Source: Harriotta raleighana
Lineage: Eukaryota
Length of the DNA stretch: 64,000 nt
Direction of reading: 5' to 3'
Assembly: GCA_050575255.1 (NCBI GenBank)
Contig: JBNZDD010013726.1
Coordinates: 7,092,236 to 7,156,235, forward strand
A model generated the notes under the pieces. It searched no databases, was not told the DNA's origin, and worked only from the letters and a program-made list of their open reading frames with translations. A program made the position numbers and the translations under genes. Shown one piece after another: positions 13,960-26,472 of the stretch; position 1 is the stretch's first letter, and every line of letters starts with the position of its first letter.

Positions 13960-14936
13960 TGGTATCGTTTACATTCTTCTTTCAACATTGCTTCCCATTA
14001 TATCCCAACCTTCTTATGTGTTCATCCATCTTGCATTTGGGTCTGTTTGGAACTGACTTTTAGACGTTTTGGTTTCCAGAATTTATCCATCTGCTCAGTA
14101 GCTTCTGTGAGCCATATTAAAAGCTCTTTTTCTAATATAACTTAGAGGGTAACATACTTTGAAAAAGATAAATTAGACAGATTTCCAAACTATTTGTCTC
14201 ATAAAACTGAAAATGGAGCTCTAATGTACACCTACAGTAACTATCATAAATTGCTGCCTAAATTAATGGTTGGGGGAGAAAGTTCAGAAAAAAAACTGTT
14301 TAATAAAGCCTATGTTTTGACATGGATTGGACGAGGATTAGAGGATTTATAGTTTATGAAGAAATTGCGCAAAAAGAGAGAATATTCAAGCCCATATCTA
14401 ATCGCAACAAAAGCTTTTTACATATTAAACAGAGATCTGTTATTCTTTTAGCTATTTAAAATATGCGCAAAACACCAAATAGATTTCCAAAGCTTTAAAC
14501 TAATCCCAGATAAAATGATGCAGACCCATGAGTTGGATTAAATATGGGCTTTATTGCGTGACAGCACCCAAAAATAGGGCAGAACTTTTAATTGAGTATT
14601 TGATGGTTACTGTGATGGGTACCCACAAGCTACGGGGAGCAATGAGTCATGTAGTGTGAGAAGTAAAAGTAATTTGGTGTTCACGTGTTATATTTACTGA
14701 ATATATAATGTTGCAAGTTTGGAATCTAAAGGAATCTCAAACATCCAACTATATTGCAATCAAACCGGTTTCTTTGCTGGATAAGCCTAACTATTGCAGA
14801 AGCACTCGTACAAAACAAGAATTTGCTAACATTCCCCAGTTTCTTTCCCTGGCCAGTGACTTCCTAATGATCTTTTGTTAGTTTCGAGGCAAATTTTATA
14901 CCAAAGTTCTGATAAGAATCCTTGCATCTGGTATAG

Positions 14937-15245
14937 CACAGGAGCTCACTGGTTAGAGCACTCGCCTTACAAACGTGAGACCTGTGTTCGAATCCAGGCA
15001 GATCAGGGTGAAACCTTGGGCAAGTTTCCTTACTCCACATGCCTAATAATAATCCCTCCAAAAAAAACACACTAATAAAATTGGTCATTTCAATCCATGA
15101 CTGTTTGTGGGACGCTGCTGTGCGCAATTGGCTGCCACGTTCCACCCACAAATTTGCATTCAATTCATTTTACAGTATATTCTGTGAAGCGCTTTGGGAC
15201 ATCGATAAGATGCGAAAAGCGCTATATCAAATGCAAGGATTATTA
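14937..15245 (+). mobile_element. tRNA-derived SINE (family A), full length
   Basis: agctcactggttagagc (A box), gttcgaatcc (B box), Deu-like core ctgtttgtgggacgctgctgtgcgcaattggctgcc, L2-like tail aaagcgctatatcaaatgcaaggattatta. Confidence 0.9.
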
Positions 15246-16229
15246 GAATTAGAATTAGCATCCTATTGCATTGCTGTGATGTCTCAAAGTGTTTCTCAAA
15301 GTACATTGACCATGTACTGTATTTTGTTTGCAATCAATAAATAGGAATCCTCAATTAGGTTTGCTAGTGTTTTAGAGCAAGCGTAAATGAAATGTTCTGT
15401 ATTCAGATTATTCATTCTTTATGAATTTGAGTTCTCCCACTTGGCTCATTTGGTAGGATGCTTGCCTCGGGTCAGAAACTCAGGATTTGTTTAACCACTT
15501 TGCATTTTTATAATTTATACGGTTTCACTTTATGGAATGATTATTTATTTTGGGGTCAATTTTGTAGATCCTGTACATGTCAACTTCAATTGCACTCCAT
15601 CTCAAATATGTTTAACCTAAAACATTTTGTGCCAATTGTTTCGCTGCAGAATTTCATGAAATCTTACAGTTTTCAGTACCCAGGACAAGCCTCATGATTT
15701 TGAATTTCCCACAATATAATTAAATTACAAAGCTGAATGATTACAGCTGCCATTATCTAAATCCACCCAGCTGTTGTGTAAAGTGAAAGAGAGAGGAATG
15801 GTAAAACCTTGGACAGAATATCATCATTCAAGTTAATGAGGCTTTTCTACTGCCAAATATATACAAAACCACTAAGTAACTAAGCGTCTGATTATAACAT
15901 ACTAAAGCCACAGTTTCTTTTCAAAATGCTATGTTACTTCTAACCTTTAGTTCGAAATGGAGACAAACGTGTAAGTATTGAAATGATCTGTTTTTCTAGA
16001 TTCACCATTCAAAAAATTCTAATACCTTATCTAAAAATGTCTTTAATCCACAATTAACACACAGGAAAGCAAACTGGATGCTGGTATTATAATAATAATA
16101 ATATTAACAATAATAATAATAATCCTTGCATTTGATATGGTNAAATACCTTATCTAAAAATGTCTTTAATCCACAATTAACACACAGGAAAGCAAACTGG
16201 ATGCTGGTATTATAATAATAATATTAACA

Positions 16230-16420
16230 ATAATAATAATAATCCTTGCATTTGATATGGTGCTTTCACATCTTGTTGACGTCTCAAAGCGCTTTAGAGA
16301 ATATACTGTAAAGTGAATTGAGTGTATATTTGTAGGCGAAATGCAGTAGTCAACTGTGCACAGCAGTGTCCCATAAACAGTCGTGGATTGAAATGAACAA
16401 TTTTTATTATTGTGTTTTTT
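16230..16420 (-). mobile_element. SINE family A, 3' half
   Basis: Reverse complement of core and tail. Confidence 0.85.
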
Positions 16421-16564
16421 TTTATAGAGTTTTAATGACTAAAGTTTGAGATACAAGTCAATACCAATGCCAATTGAGAACAAATAATTGTATTCTTGTT
16501 GGGCAACAACAAATTATATTTGTATAGGCCTTTTTACTTTCAGCCGGAGAAAGAGACACACAAA

Positions 16565-16765
16565 TTTAAATTTGTGTGGTGCCTTTCATATCGGGAGGAC
16601 ATCCCAAGGCACTTAACAGTCCAAGCTTGGTACCCGAGGTGGGGGTGGTAGGGGAAAGATGAACGAAGGTGTGGACAAAGAGATCGGTCTTGAGGCAGAC
16701 CTTGAAAGCAGTAAGGGAGGAAGTGAGCTTTCGAGACTCTGAGATGGACGGATATAGCCAGAGAA
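16565..16765 (-). mobile_element. L2 LINE 3' fragment
   Basis: Reverse translation SLTAFKVCLKTDLF is typical of the L2 ORF2 C-terminus and is followed by the family 3' stem-loop. Confidence 0.75.
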
Positions 16766-18001
16766 ATTCAGGGCATAATGAATGCAAGCTACTTGTATGA
16801 GTTGATATTGGGAGCTAAGGCTCTTGGAACTCCTCAGTGCAGACACCTACACCAAATATTCAAATGAGAATACAGACTACTTTGTCATTAATCTGCCTCA
16901 GAACCAAACCAAGCTCACAATTCAAATGCTGAAATCATGCTAATGGCACCATTTGACGATTAAACACATTAACAGGTTTACCAAACAAACATGGAAAACA
17001 GAAATAGCAAATTCAAAAAATCTACATATCCCAATCTGGTTTAATACAGTCGCAGATTCTCCAGTAGAAACAGAAACTCCACAAAAGCTTTGTGAAGCTA
17101 AAGGTTGCTTGAGACTGCCCAGCTGAATGATTTGAGATATACTGCTGCTGGTCCTCAACTGCCAAACATTATTCCAGATTAAAAATAAGATCTTAGATTC
17201 AATTGGAACTGCTCAAATGTAAGTCAAGGTGCTAAGCTAACACTTCCTGAAATAACTTCTCCTTTTGTAAACGGTCTTTAACATAAAGAATTTGTGCTTG
17301 AGAATATTAAATAATTATTCTTTACTTGTGCATATAGGTGAGTAAAGAAAGGGCTAACGACATCAATGATAGAGGCTGTACACAACAGAAAACGATTGCT
17401 ATATAAAGCCCTTAGTTAGTACTCAATGATTTCTCTGATTAGATACAGTGCATGCCGTACAAGAAGCCTTTTCTCGGCTCTCCAGTCAATAAAATGCAAG
17501 GCTAAAATTACAGTTGTTGACACTTGAACTTACCTGTCCAGTATATCCTAAAGATAATTAGGCTGAAGTGCTTGGACATTCCTATTCCGTATGCAATCTT
17601 CCCAGATTAACAGGACTTGCAGCGACATAACAGAACTGCAATGCACTGCACAGTCTCACTCCCCAGCAGAGGCAGTGCTAACAGCCTGGAGGGAAATGAA
17701 CCCCTTGCCAAGTTTTAAGCCTATGCTGAATGTCACACAGAGCTGCCTCACCTCTTAAGTTCCTGTGAAAAGACTGTTTATCTAGTCCCTGGAAACAGTT
17801 TAGTGGAAATTTGCAGAGAAAGGCCACTAATCGAACAGTAGTGTAGTTTATATCTATATTGCACTGTTTACACTAACACCATGTAATAATTCACATGGAT
17901 TTTCCCCCAAAATTGATTATCATCATCTCAATAGCAACAATTTATTCTGCCTATATGCTATTCATATCTTAACTCTTTCTTCACCATCAGACATTTGAAT
18001 G

Positions 18002-18053
18002 TACTGTATTGTAAAGAAGGGGTACAAAAATATACTGTATTGTAAAGAAGGGG
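18002..18053 (+). repeat. Direct repeat tactgtattgtaaagaagggg x2
   Basis: Directly visible. Confidence 0.75.
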
Positions 18054-19624
18054 CTTTGAAGCACCCTTTAAAGAAGTCCCTTTGAAACACTTCAAGGTTT
18101 TATCCCATGTGAAAAATATTATAAAAGTAGAAACTGTCGTCGTACACAGCCCAGAAAAGAGAGAAGGAAAGAGATTGAAGGAAATTTCAATAACGAAAGA
18201 TCCACAAGCACAAAACCTTGCATGACAAGTAGCCTTTAGCGTTCCCTGTACCAGCCAAAGACAAACCAACAACATATGTGAAAAGACTTGAATATTCCAT
18301 TCTGTGAGATGTTATCGAAATTGAAGTGTTGCTGTGAATAGATGAGCCACCAGATATTGGATCCATTTTCAAAATACTTCAACCAGAGACGTTCCCGAGT
18401 TGCTGCACTTCCCAGCATGGCAACAGTCTCACAAGCAATATCATTTATTTTATTCCTCGCCATCTTCAAACTCAATTTGGAGCGCTTTATAAGAAATTAA
18501 CTGGAGTTGTTAGTCACACAAATTATCACCTGCCAAAGACAAAGGAACTACACTCCACATCTCCACAAAGGTGCAATCTATTCCAGGAGCTAACTTCCAC
18601 TTTCATTTATTTTCTTGAAACAAGCCTAAATTTTATTGCTCGTGTATTCTACAAGATATTTTCCAGTCCACTATCTAATTCTTTAGTCTCCAGTGTTACA
18701 GAGTTTCCCTACTGAAGAACACAGGTTATTCTCCAGGTGCTCTCTTTGGTCTGAGCATTCACTCAAATTGTCAGTGAAAATGCGACGTTCAAAGAGCACA
18801 TTTTTGGAAATTCTTTTGGGTAGGAAAATTGAACGGATAATATGGCCAATTTGTGAAAGACGTTTACCAGCCATTGTAGTGGAACTGTATAAGCCTAGAG
18901 ATCTCTGCAGGGATATTGAAGTATTTCAGAAGTTTTATGTGCACCACAATAGGCCTAGCAAACCCTGTCTTAGCCTATTCTCCTGACATAAACCCCCTGG
19001 TCCATAAAAATAATGCAGCTCAATCCTCTTGCTTAAATGCAATTCAAGTTTTTTTTGTTTTGTTTCAGATCCAAATGGACGGATGGTCTGTAACTAATAA
19101 AACTTGCTGTCTGGGACTTGTTACAATTCCAAACAAATTTGGAGACACTCCAACTTGGGTTTGAAACTTTCATGGGAGCATCCCATACTGGTTCAGCTGA
19201 TTCAGTAGCAAAATACTCCACTCATAACCACTAAGCAAGTCAAATAAAGGTAACTAGACGAAACTGGCAAGAGGTTGGAATCTCTGGAAATTCCTATGTA
19301 AACCAAGCTGGAGAAACTGGTCCAGTTGAGATACAGTAATAAGAATATAACCTGAATCCTACCCCAGCAATGCAAAATGGAACAGGGATAAAGCTTTTTG
19401 AAGGATGTGAAAAGATAATCGGATTCAATTATGGAAAGATTCGAATTATTTTCCAAAGTTTAAGTTTGGATGAAGCAAGTATTATGTTGTTCACTGAAAT
19501 GCTTTGTACTCAAAGGATCCTTTGAGGCAAACTGAATAGGAGCAGGGTATCTGGAATTGAGAGAGTGCGGAAAAAAGATTTTGGAGGAAGAATCCATTTG
19601 AACAGAAGCTTTATTTTGACTATG

Positions 19625-20340
19625 GAAATTCCCTCCTTGTCAGCCTCCCCAACTCTTCCCTCCACAAGCTGCAGATCATCCAAAACTCTGCAGCTTGTAT
19701 CCTCTCTCGCACCAGGCTCCATAACTACATGACCTCCACCCTCGCCTCGCTCCACTGGCTCCTCATTCCTCAGAGGATAGAATTCAAAATCCTGGGTTTG
19801 GAATTTCACACACAACTTAGAAAACCCACATTGATTTAGAAACTTTATTCAGAGATGTTAAATAGATAAGTGGTGTGAACAATGTACAGTGAGAAGATGT
19901 TTAGCTCCCCATCGACCATACAATTGAATTCAAGGTCCTCGTCCTCACTTTCAAGACACTCCACAGTTTTGCTCCCTCGTACCTCTCTGTCCTGCTGACC
20001 CCCTATCAACCCTCCATTCCTTAGCTTCTGGCCTGCTCCATATCTCCCACCATACCTTCCCTACCATTGGAGGCCAGGCTTTCAGCCTCTCTGCCTCCAC
20101 CCTTTAGAACTCCATCTGATAATCCCTTCTTTGCCTCCTTCGAGGCCCAACTCAAGTCACTCCTTTTCGACAGTGCATTCAGCCACCCCTTTTACCTCTC
20201 TGCCCTCCCTCAACCCAACCCTGTGACCATCCCCCCACCCACCCAACCCACATGCTCAGGTCCTGACCCCCCGACTATTCAGTGCCTTGAGACTTCCTTC
20301 CGACATGAAAGGTGCTCTACAAATGTAATTTTGTTGTCAT
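19625..20340 (+). mobile_element. L2 LINE 3' fragment(s), interrupted at about 19800-19905
   Basis: Decayed ORF2 C-terminus (KLQIIQNSAA...HWL...RIEFK..., FEAQLKSLLF), C-rich 3' UTR, terminal stem-loop and gttg tail. Confidence 0.8.
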
Positions 20341-21214
20341 TTTATTTTCAACAGAAGCAAGGTTTTGCACCTTAACACCTATTACTGAATAACTGGTAGC
20401 AGCACCAAGTCCTGGTAGTTGTGAGTGTATTTCTCAATGTCTATTAATTTTTTTAATTCTCAATAATGGACATGTTGCAATATAAAATTGTTTCAATAAA
20501 TAAAACAGCTAGAGATAGAGGGAAGCAAGAATCTGATACAGTACTATCTGCAGTGTAGTCGATTCAAATTTAAGCACTGTGTTGTGCAGTTCAAAGGGAT
20601 GAATATCAGCAACTGTTTAATTCAATAATGGAAATTTTTCCCAGTACAAATTAATAGCCTGTAACAATTTAATACCCTAGCTCCTGGATTATTTATATAA
20701 ACATTACGTCTTCAACATTTAATTCTGGTTCAAAGCAATAGCAATACTGTGAAGCCAGAAGTAATACTGAGCATTTTATGCTTCATATTATTTCAAGCAA
20801 GATCTGTTTGTGAGATCCATTCATCTTCATGCTTTCTGCCCAATTGCATATACAGTACAGACAGCTTTTTAAAAAAAAAATCTGTTCTCTATGGGATGAC
20901 AGGAAGTACATGAAAACAAACACTGCCTCTTGCACAGTTGGAAATATTTACCGCAGACATATTCCTCCATACTCGGTTTCTGTTTCTTTAGTTGCAGACG
21001 GGAACATTGTTCGAATGCTGAAACAGCTATGAGTAGAACTCAAATGACTTGTCAAGCTGGAGCCAGCCCAGAACTTGGGTTAATCTGTGTCAACTGGGAT
21101 CTTCTTTTATCCTTTCAGTTCCATTTACAAAGGAAAGTCATAGGTAGCCTTATCTCTTCAGTTGGTACATTTAGAGAAAAAAATATTTTCATTGGGACTC
21201 CAGCGAGGAGCATG

Positions 21215-21450
21215 TCTGCTTGTTCAGTGAGCACTGTTTGGTAGGACAACAAGTGATACGAACCAGAAATGTCCTGGGCTCAGTTACTGTTCCATCCCGA
21301 GTTCATTTAAGATGAAGGGGTATTAGAAGTACCGTACTACAAGTGACCTCGGTATCCATGGAATAGGGAAGAGGAAACAGCAGCTACTGTTCCTGCTCCT
21401 GATCTCTCAGCAGCACTTCCTGCTGTCCGCATGTGGAAGCATGGATTCTT
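21215..21450 (+). mobile_element. Old degenerate SINE-like repeat (family B), 5' part
   Basis: gaatagggaagaggaaacag...gttcctgctcctgatc matches the reverse strand of 9215-9490. Confidence 0.45.
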
Positions 21451-21737
21451 TAAAGTTTGAAGATTTAATGTCTCATGCGGAGGACTCCACCTCTGGCAAT
21501 GTATTGTTCACATGTGCAGGGTCACTGGTGGTCTAATAGCTCAAAGCACTGAATGATGCTTTCATACTATACAGACTGTAACACTGAAATAGTCAAATCA
21601 TCCCCTTCAGTGACTCTTTACCCAAGCACTGGATTTTTAAGATTGTGAAATCTATGTGTGTATACTAACTACAGGAACTCTAATACCATGGTGTCTACTG
21701 ATGTAAACCAGACTGTAGATGCTCATAGACATACCCT

Positions 21738-21796
21738 TGCTGAATGGTCTACGCCTGCTCCTAATTGCTATGTTCCTATGTCTTATGTTCCTATGA
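21738..21796 (+). mobile_element. CR1-type 3' tail
   Basis: gctgaatggtctacgcctgctcct followed by (ATGTTCYT)n-like terminal repeats. Confidence 0.55.
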
Positions 21797-21866
21797 CTGC
21801 TCACATGGACTAACAAAGACTGTGGGTCAATGAAGGCCACACCTTAGATCAGGAACTCAGTGAAAA

Positions 21867-22161
21867 GCTTCTGTAGCTCAGTGGTTAGAGCACTCGCCTT
21901 ACAAGCGTGAGACCAGGCAGATCAGGGCGAAACTTTGGGCAAGTTTCCTTGCTCCACACGTCTAATAATAATCCCTGCAAAAAAACCACAATAAGAAAAT
22001 TGGTCATTTCAATCCATGACTGTTTGTGGGGGACGCTGCTGTGCGCAATTGGCCGCCGCATTTCATCCACAAATATACAGTCAATTCACTTCACAGTATA
22101 TTCTGTGAAGCGCTGTGAGACGTCAATAAGATGTGAAAAGCGCTATATCAAATGCAAGGAT
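21867..22161 (+). mobile_element. SINE family A, full length with deleted B box
   Basis: Matches 14937-15245 but lacks tgtgttcgaatcc between two cc dinucleotides. Confidence 0.9.
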
Positions 22162-23849
22162 TTTTCAAAAATGATTATTTATCATCTACACCTAGCCGAT
22201 AAAAGTGAATGAAATAATTGAGAAGACACAAATGAAGTTACATTTTGTTCCATTGAGTTGACCGTTCCCCGCATAAAAATAAAATGCCTCCAAATTCATA
22301 GTGGGATCAATGCAGATAGTTGAATTGTCCAGGGCGAGAAAGGGTTAATAATTATGAGTTAGTTTACTCTCAACCACCACTGCAGACTCTTTTCCACTTT
22401 TTTTCTGGGGTCAACTCCACAACACCAGATAAAATCTAATACCATGGGTCTCCAATGAGTCTGTATTGTGTCAACACGAGATTATTCTGTTAACACAGTG
22501 TTTAATCAGAATTAAAGCGGCACTATCTCTAAAGTACACAACAGTAAAATACTCAGCCCATGGTTTCACTGGGCTTTTGTGGCTTTCATTTTGTATTTAG
22601 AATCAGACATATTGTGCTTTAGGCTCTTTTTCATAAGTAATCCTGTCTCTATTCATTCCCGCACAACTGGGTGAGAAAACCAGCAGATTAACAGGCAATG
22701 GAGATTGCTCTGTGTCAATATATGTCAATATATATACATATATAGATGAAAATTAAATTATGTATTGCAATAGCATGGCTAACCACCTATTAAAGTGCAG
22801 ACAAGATGGGACAAATTGCCTATTTCGGTGCAATCACTCCATTTAACTCAATGTAAAGGCAGCCAAAAAGGCAGTATCAAAAAGGCAGCCTAAACTAGAC
22901 ATAAACAAACCATTTCAGGCAGATTGCCTGCCAATAAGTACTTTATCTGTAACAAAGAAGTTTGCCAAGCAGGTACTTTCCTTCTAAATCCTTGCTGGCT
23001 CTTTCTCATTGTTGCTCTATAACTCTCCAGACTGTCCCTTGGAATGAACTCCATGTTTTTATATATTTACACTGGCCCAATGGGCACATAATTGACTAGT
23101 CACTTTTGCCATTGTCACCCTTTATAATGTAAGTCAAGATTGCCTCCATCCAGCCTTGTGATTATGAGAGCCAGTGTCCCGATAACTTCCGCTACGATCT
23201 TCCTTGGCAATTAGGCTATGTACCATGTGTCTTAAGGATTTAATAGTCTCGCAAATGTATCAGGTATCTCTGTCTCATTGACTTCAAATCCTCCAGGAAG
23301 CTGAATGCATAACAGAAATGGGGTGGCAGATTAATATTATCCTCCTAAAAAAAAAGTTTAATTTATTATTTCATCTATTTTATCTTTTTAACTTCAATGT
23401 GACTTTGTTCTTCGTGACTTTAAACTTCCTCTTTTTTCGCCTGTCCCATCTCTTCCCTATATTTCAGAGCACTCTATAATTCAGCCTTTTGAATGGATTC
23501 CCATTGTTTGAAGTGAACTATGTTTCTGTTATGAACTATGTTCATGCCCTCTAACTCAAGCCTTGTTTTTCCAAATTCTCTCATCTTAATGGTGATCTAT
23601 TATGTTTCATAGATTATTTATTTCCTTAGTATTTATTTTCTTTTGCTTGGATTCATTTCTCCTCATTCCACGTTTCCGCAAGTTTATCTTGCCTATGTCT
23701 TTTTATACAAGCATCTAACATTTGTTTGTAACAACATGAACAACTCAATAAACACAAAGGAAGATGTGTTTTTTGGAGGGGTGGGTGGGTGGGGAGTCAA
23801 ATCTACCTGGCTATAGAAGTCACAAAGTTGTCCGTCAGAATGACCCAAT

Positions 23850-24236
23850 GGGCAGTGTTCTCACCTGTGAATCAGAAGGTTGGTTCGAGGCGACATCGGG
23901 ACTTTGAACTGATATAATCTAAGGCTGACACCTCAAAGCAGTTGCGTATTTGAAGGTGAGATGTTAAACCCAGGTCTCATCTGCCTGTTTAGATGGACAT
24001 TAAAGATTGTGTGCTATTACTGGAATGTCTCCTGGTGCCAGAGCTTTCACGAGCCAGAGAGAAAAAAAAGGGTTGATCATTTTCTTTCATGGCTGTTTGT
24101 GGGCGCTGCTGTGCGTAATTGGCTGCTGCATTTGCCTACAAAATACAGTCAGAACACGTTACAGTAGATTCTGTAAAGCGTTTTGAGACGTCATTCTGAC
24201 GTGAAAGGGGTTGCGTTAAATGCAAGGATTATTATT
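23850..24236 (+). mobile_element. DeuSINE-superfamily element (SacSINE1/AmnSINE1-like Deu domain)
   Basis: tRNA-like head, then gagatgttaaacccaggtctcatctgcctgtttagatggacattaaagat (recalled Deu-domain 5' part), ctgtttgtgggcgctgctgtgcgtaattggctgc and an L2-like tail. Confidence 0.75.
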
Positions 24237-24811
24237 CTAATAAATCTGCAGTAGTTTTTCTTTAATCTTCTTTATCCCCATACTCTGCTGCAAACAGCAT
24301 CCATGGCAAAAGAATTATTGTAGCATTAGATAAACAAATCAGCTAATTAATACCATTTATTACATTCCTGCTAATGGTTTGCCAGATGTGCTCAGTATTC
24401 ATCCAGTACTCTAACTCGAGCAATGTTTAATTGCTCAAAGTGATTGCAATGTAACTCTCATGTGGAGCTTTGTACAAAGCATTTTTACTGACGATTATGC
24501 AGCCTTTCAAGTATAATGCCTGATGAAACTTTAACTCAGGAAATTACTTACAAAGGGGCTTTAAGGCATTAAATACATTGGGCAGTAAATCAATGGTAGT
24601 GGAGCCAGAATCTCTCCGCTGCATTGTTATTTTACCAAGCAACTGATAACAAACTGTTTAAAAATGAACCGTTATATTATTACATAATGCCTTATTCAGA
24701 GTTCAGATGAGTTCTTTACTGGTAAATATGAACCGTCGTTAAAAGGCGACTGCAAGTAACAATTGGTTGAAGAGTTAGCTCTATGGTCTTGTCCTTTCTC
24801 CTCTCTTAGGC

Positions 24812-25064
24812 AAACTTGGCTCTGCTCTGGGTACCCCCCACCCAGTCCTAACCTCTGGAATTCCCTCCCTCTATCCCTATATCTCATCCCTCTCTATCTG
24901 TCTTTAAATACAGCCTAGACATCAACCTCTTCCATCGCAGCTAAATTCACTTCCCGCACTCCCCCTCTTCCCTTGTGTAGCAGCTGACAACCTTCCTATG
25001 AAGTGGCCCAAGACATCCTATATGCAGGGCCTCATGTATAAGTGCAAGTTTTTGTTGTTGTTGT
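24812..25064 (+). mobile_element. Old L2 3' fragment
   Basis: aacctctggaattccctccct...tttaaa...caacctcttc, ending in gtgcaagtttttgttgttgttg. Confidence 0.6.
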
Positions 25065-25180
25065 CTTGCCAAATTATATTAGATGACAGGTTCTGAAGTG
25101 AAATGTACATTAATTAATGTACATTAATTGAACTGAACTCTTCAGAGTGACATGATAACACTGACCTTCAGGAGCTCGAC

Positions 25181-25302
25181 AATAATAATAATAATAATAA
25201 TAATCCTTGCATTTGATATAGCGCTTTTCACATCTTATCGACGTCCCAAAGCGCTTCACAGAATTTACTGTAAAGTGAATTCACTGTATATTTGTGGGCA
25301 GA
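25181..25302 (-). mobile_element. SINE family A 3' fragment with (AAT)n tail
   Basis: Near-consensus reverse complement of the tail. Confidence 0.85.
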
Positions 25303-26354
25303 ACTTATCCTAAGGGCCATCATCCCAAAATTCTAGACTGTGGAGAACAGTTTAAAAAAACCTTAAATTTAACCAGCTTTCAAATTAACACTGAATTCAA
25401 GGCTTTTTTTTCCAAATTCTGTTTGTAAAACAATGGTTTCAAGGCTTAGGACCACGAGATGTCTAGCCATCAGTCTTTTCCATTGATCAGCTTTTTGTTA
25501 GTTACTCAGTGTATTGAATACACTGGCAATAACATGTTGATAGAAGAAGATGTGAGGCCTTACCTGAGACTGTTGCTTGTCAGCATTTTCAGTTTTGTGT
25601 ACTGTGTTTAGTGCTAGTACAGTTTGCAAAAGAGCAGCTCAGCTCTGAGTTGGGGAGAGAGGTGGTTGCTCTGAACACACACTTCTTCCTCCCTGAATTC
25701 AGGATTCAAGCCACACCTCCTCTGTGCACTCAATTTGTGATATGATGATAATATGACTGAAATAATTAGCCTTGCTTTTGATATGGTGTCATTTACTTCG
25801 GGAGAACGTCCCTCAGCGCGTCACACGATACACTGTGAAGCGGAGTGACTGAGAGTGAATGCCCACAATGATGAACACTGACCTTCAGCTTCTTGTACAA
25901 TCTGGTCCACAATGAGAAAAGTGATGTTCAGATGGAGTTGAATTTTTTAAAGTTAAAATAAAACAACTCACATTATAGCTACACGCACAGTGGAAACCCC
26001 AAGCTGCAAGCTCTAAAAATGGTACTTAATGCTTTGTAAATCTGCTTTAGAACTGTGCAAAATATATCTGCACCCGATGACTCATGTAAAGCGACTATTT
26101 TGCATTCTGATCAATGGCATTTTTTCCCACAGAAGAAGAGGGAAACTCAGGCGGAAATTTAACCCAGGCCACTTTCACACACACCCTTCAGCCTTCTCTT
26201 TAGCAACCCTGGGAGAGGTCTAGGAGAGGTCTGTCAGACAGCCAATAGTACATAGACACCATGAGCCCTCAGGAAAGTAGTAAACAGTTTAGTTATACTG
26301 TATCATTTTGAGCTTTAATGGGAATACGCCCACAAATATACAGTCAATTTTCCT

Positions 26355-26472
26355 ACTCTCCTTCCCCCTACCCCTCCCCCACTGCTCTGGTCTCTACCTA
26401 ACTGTTCAGCGCCTTGGGACGTCCTCCTGACCTGAAAGGCGCTCTATAAATGTAATTTTGTTTGATTGATTG
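26355..26472 (+). mobile_element. L2 3' end
   Basis: C-rich UTR, then cagcgccttgggacgtcctcctgacctgaaaggcgctctataaatg and a (TTGA)n tail. Confidence 0.75.

Noticed and set aside
14937-15010. tRNA-like sequences (anticodon loops resembling TAC or TGC) here and at 39944, 41886 and elsewhere
   Set aside because: Each runs directly into the SINE body and has stem mismatches. They are SINE heads, not tRNA genes.
16940-17158. Peptide LRTSSSISQIIQLGSL vaguely resembling the next PLCE1 exon (LQRTSISQYITGSL as recalled)
   Set aside because: Similarity is short and gapped, the flanking conserved residues are missing, and there are no suitable splice sites.
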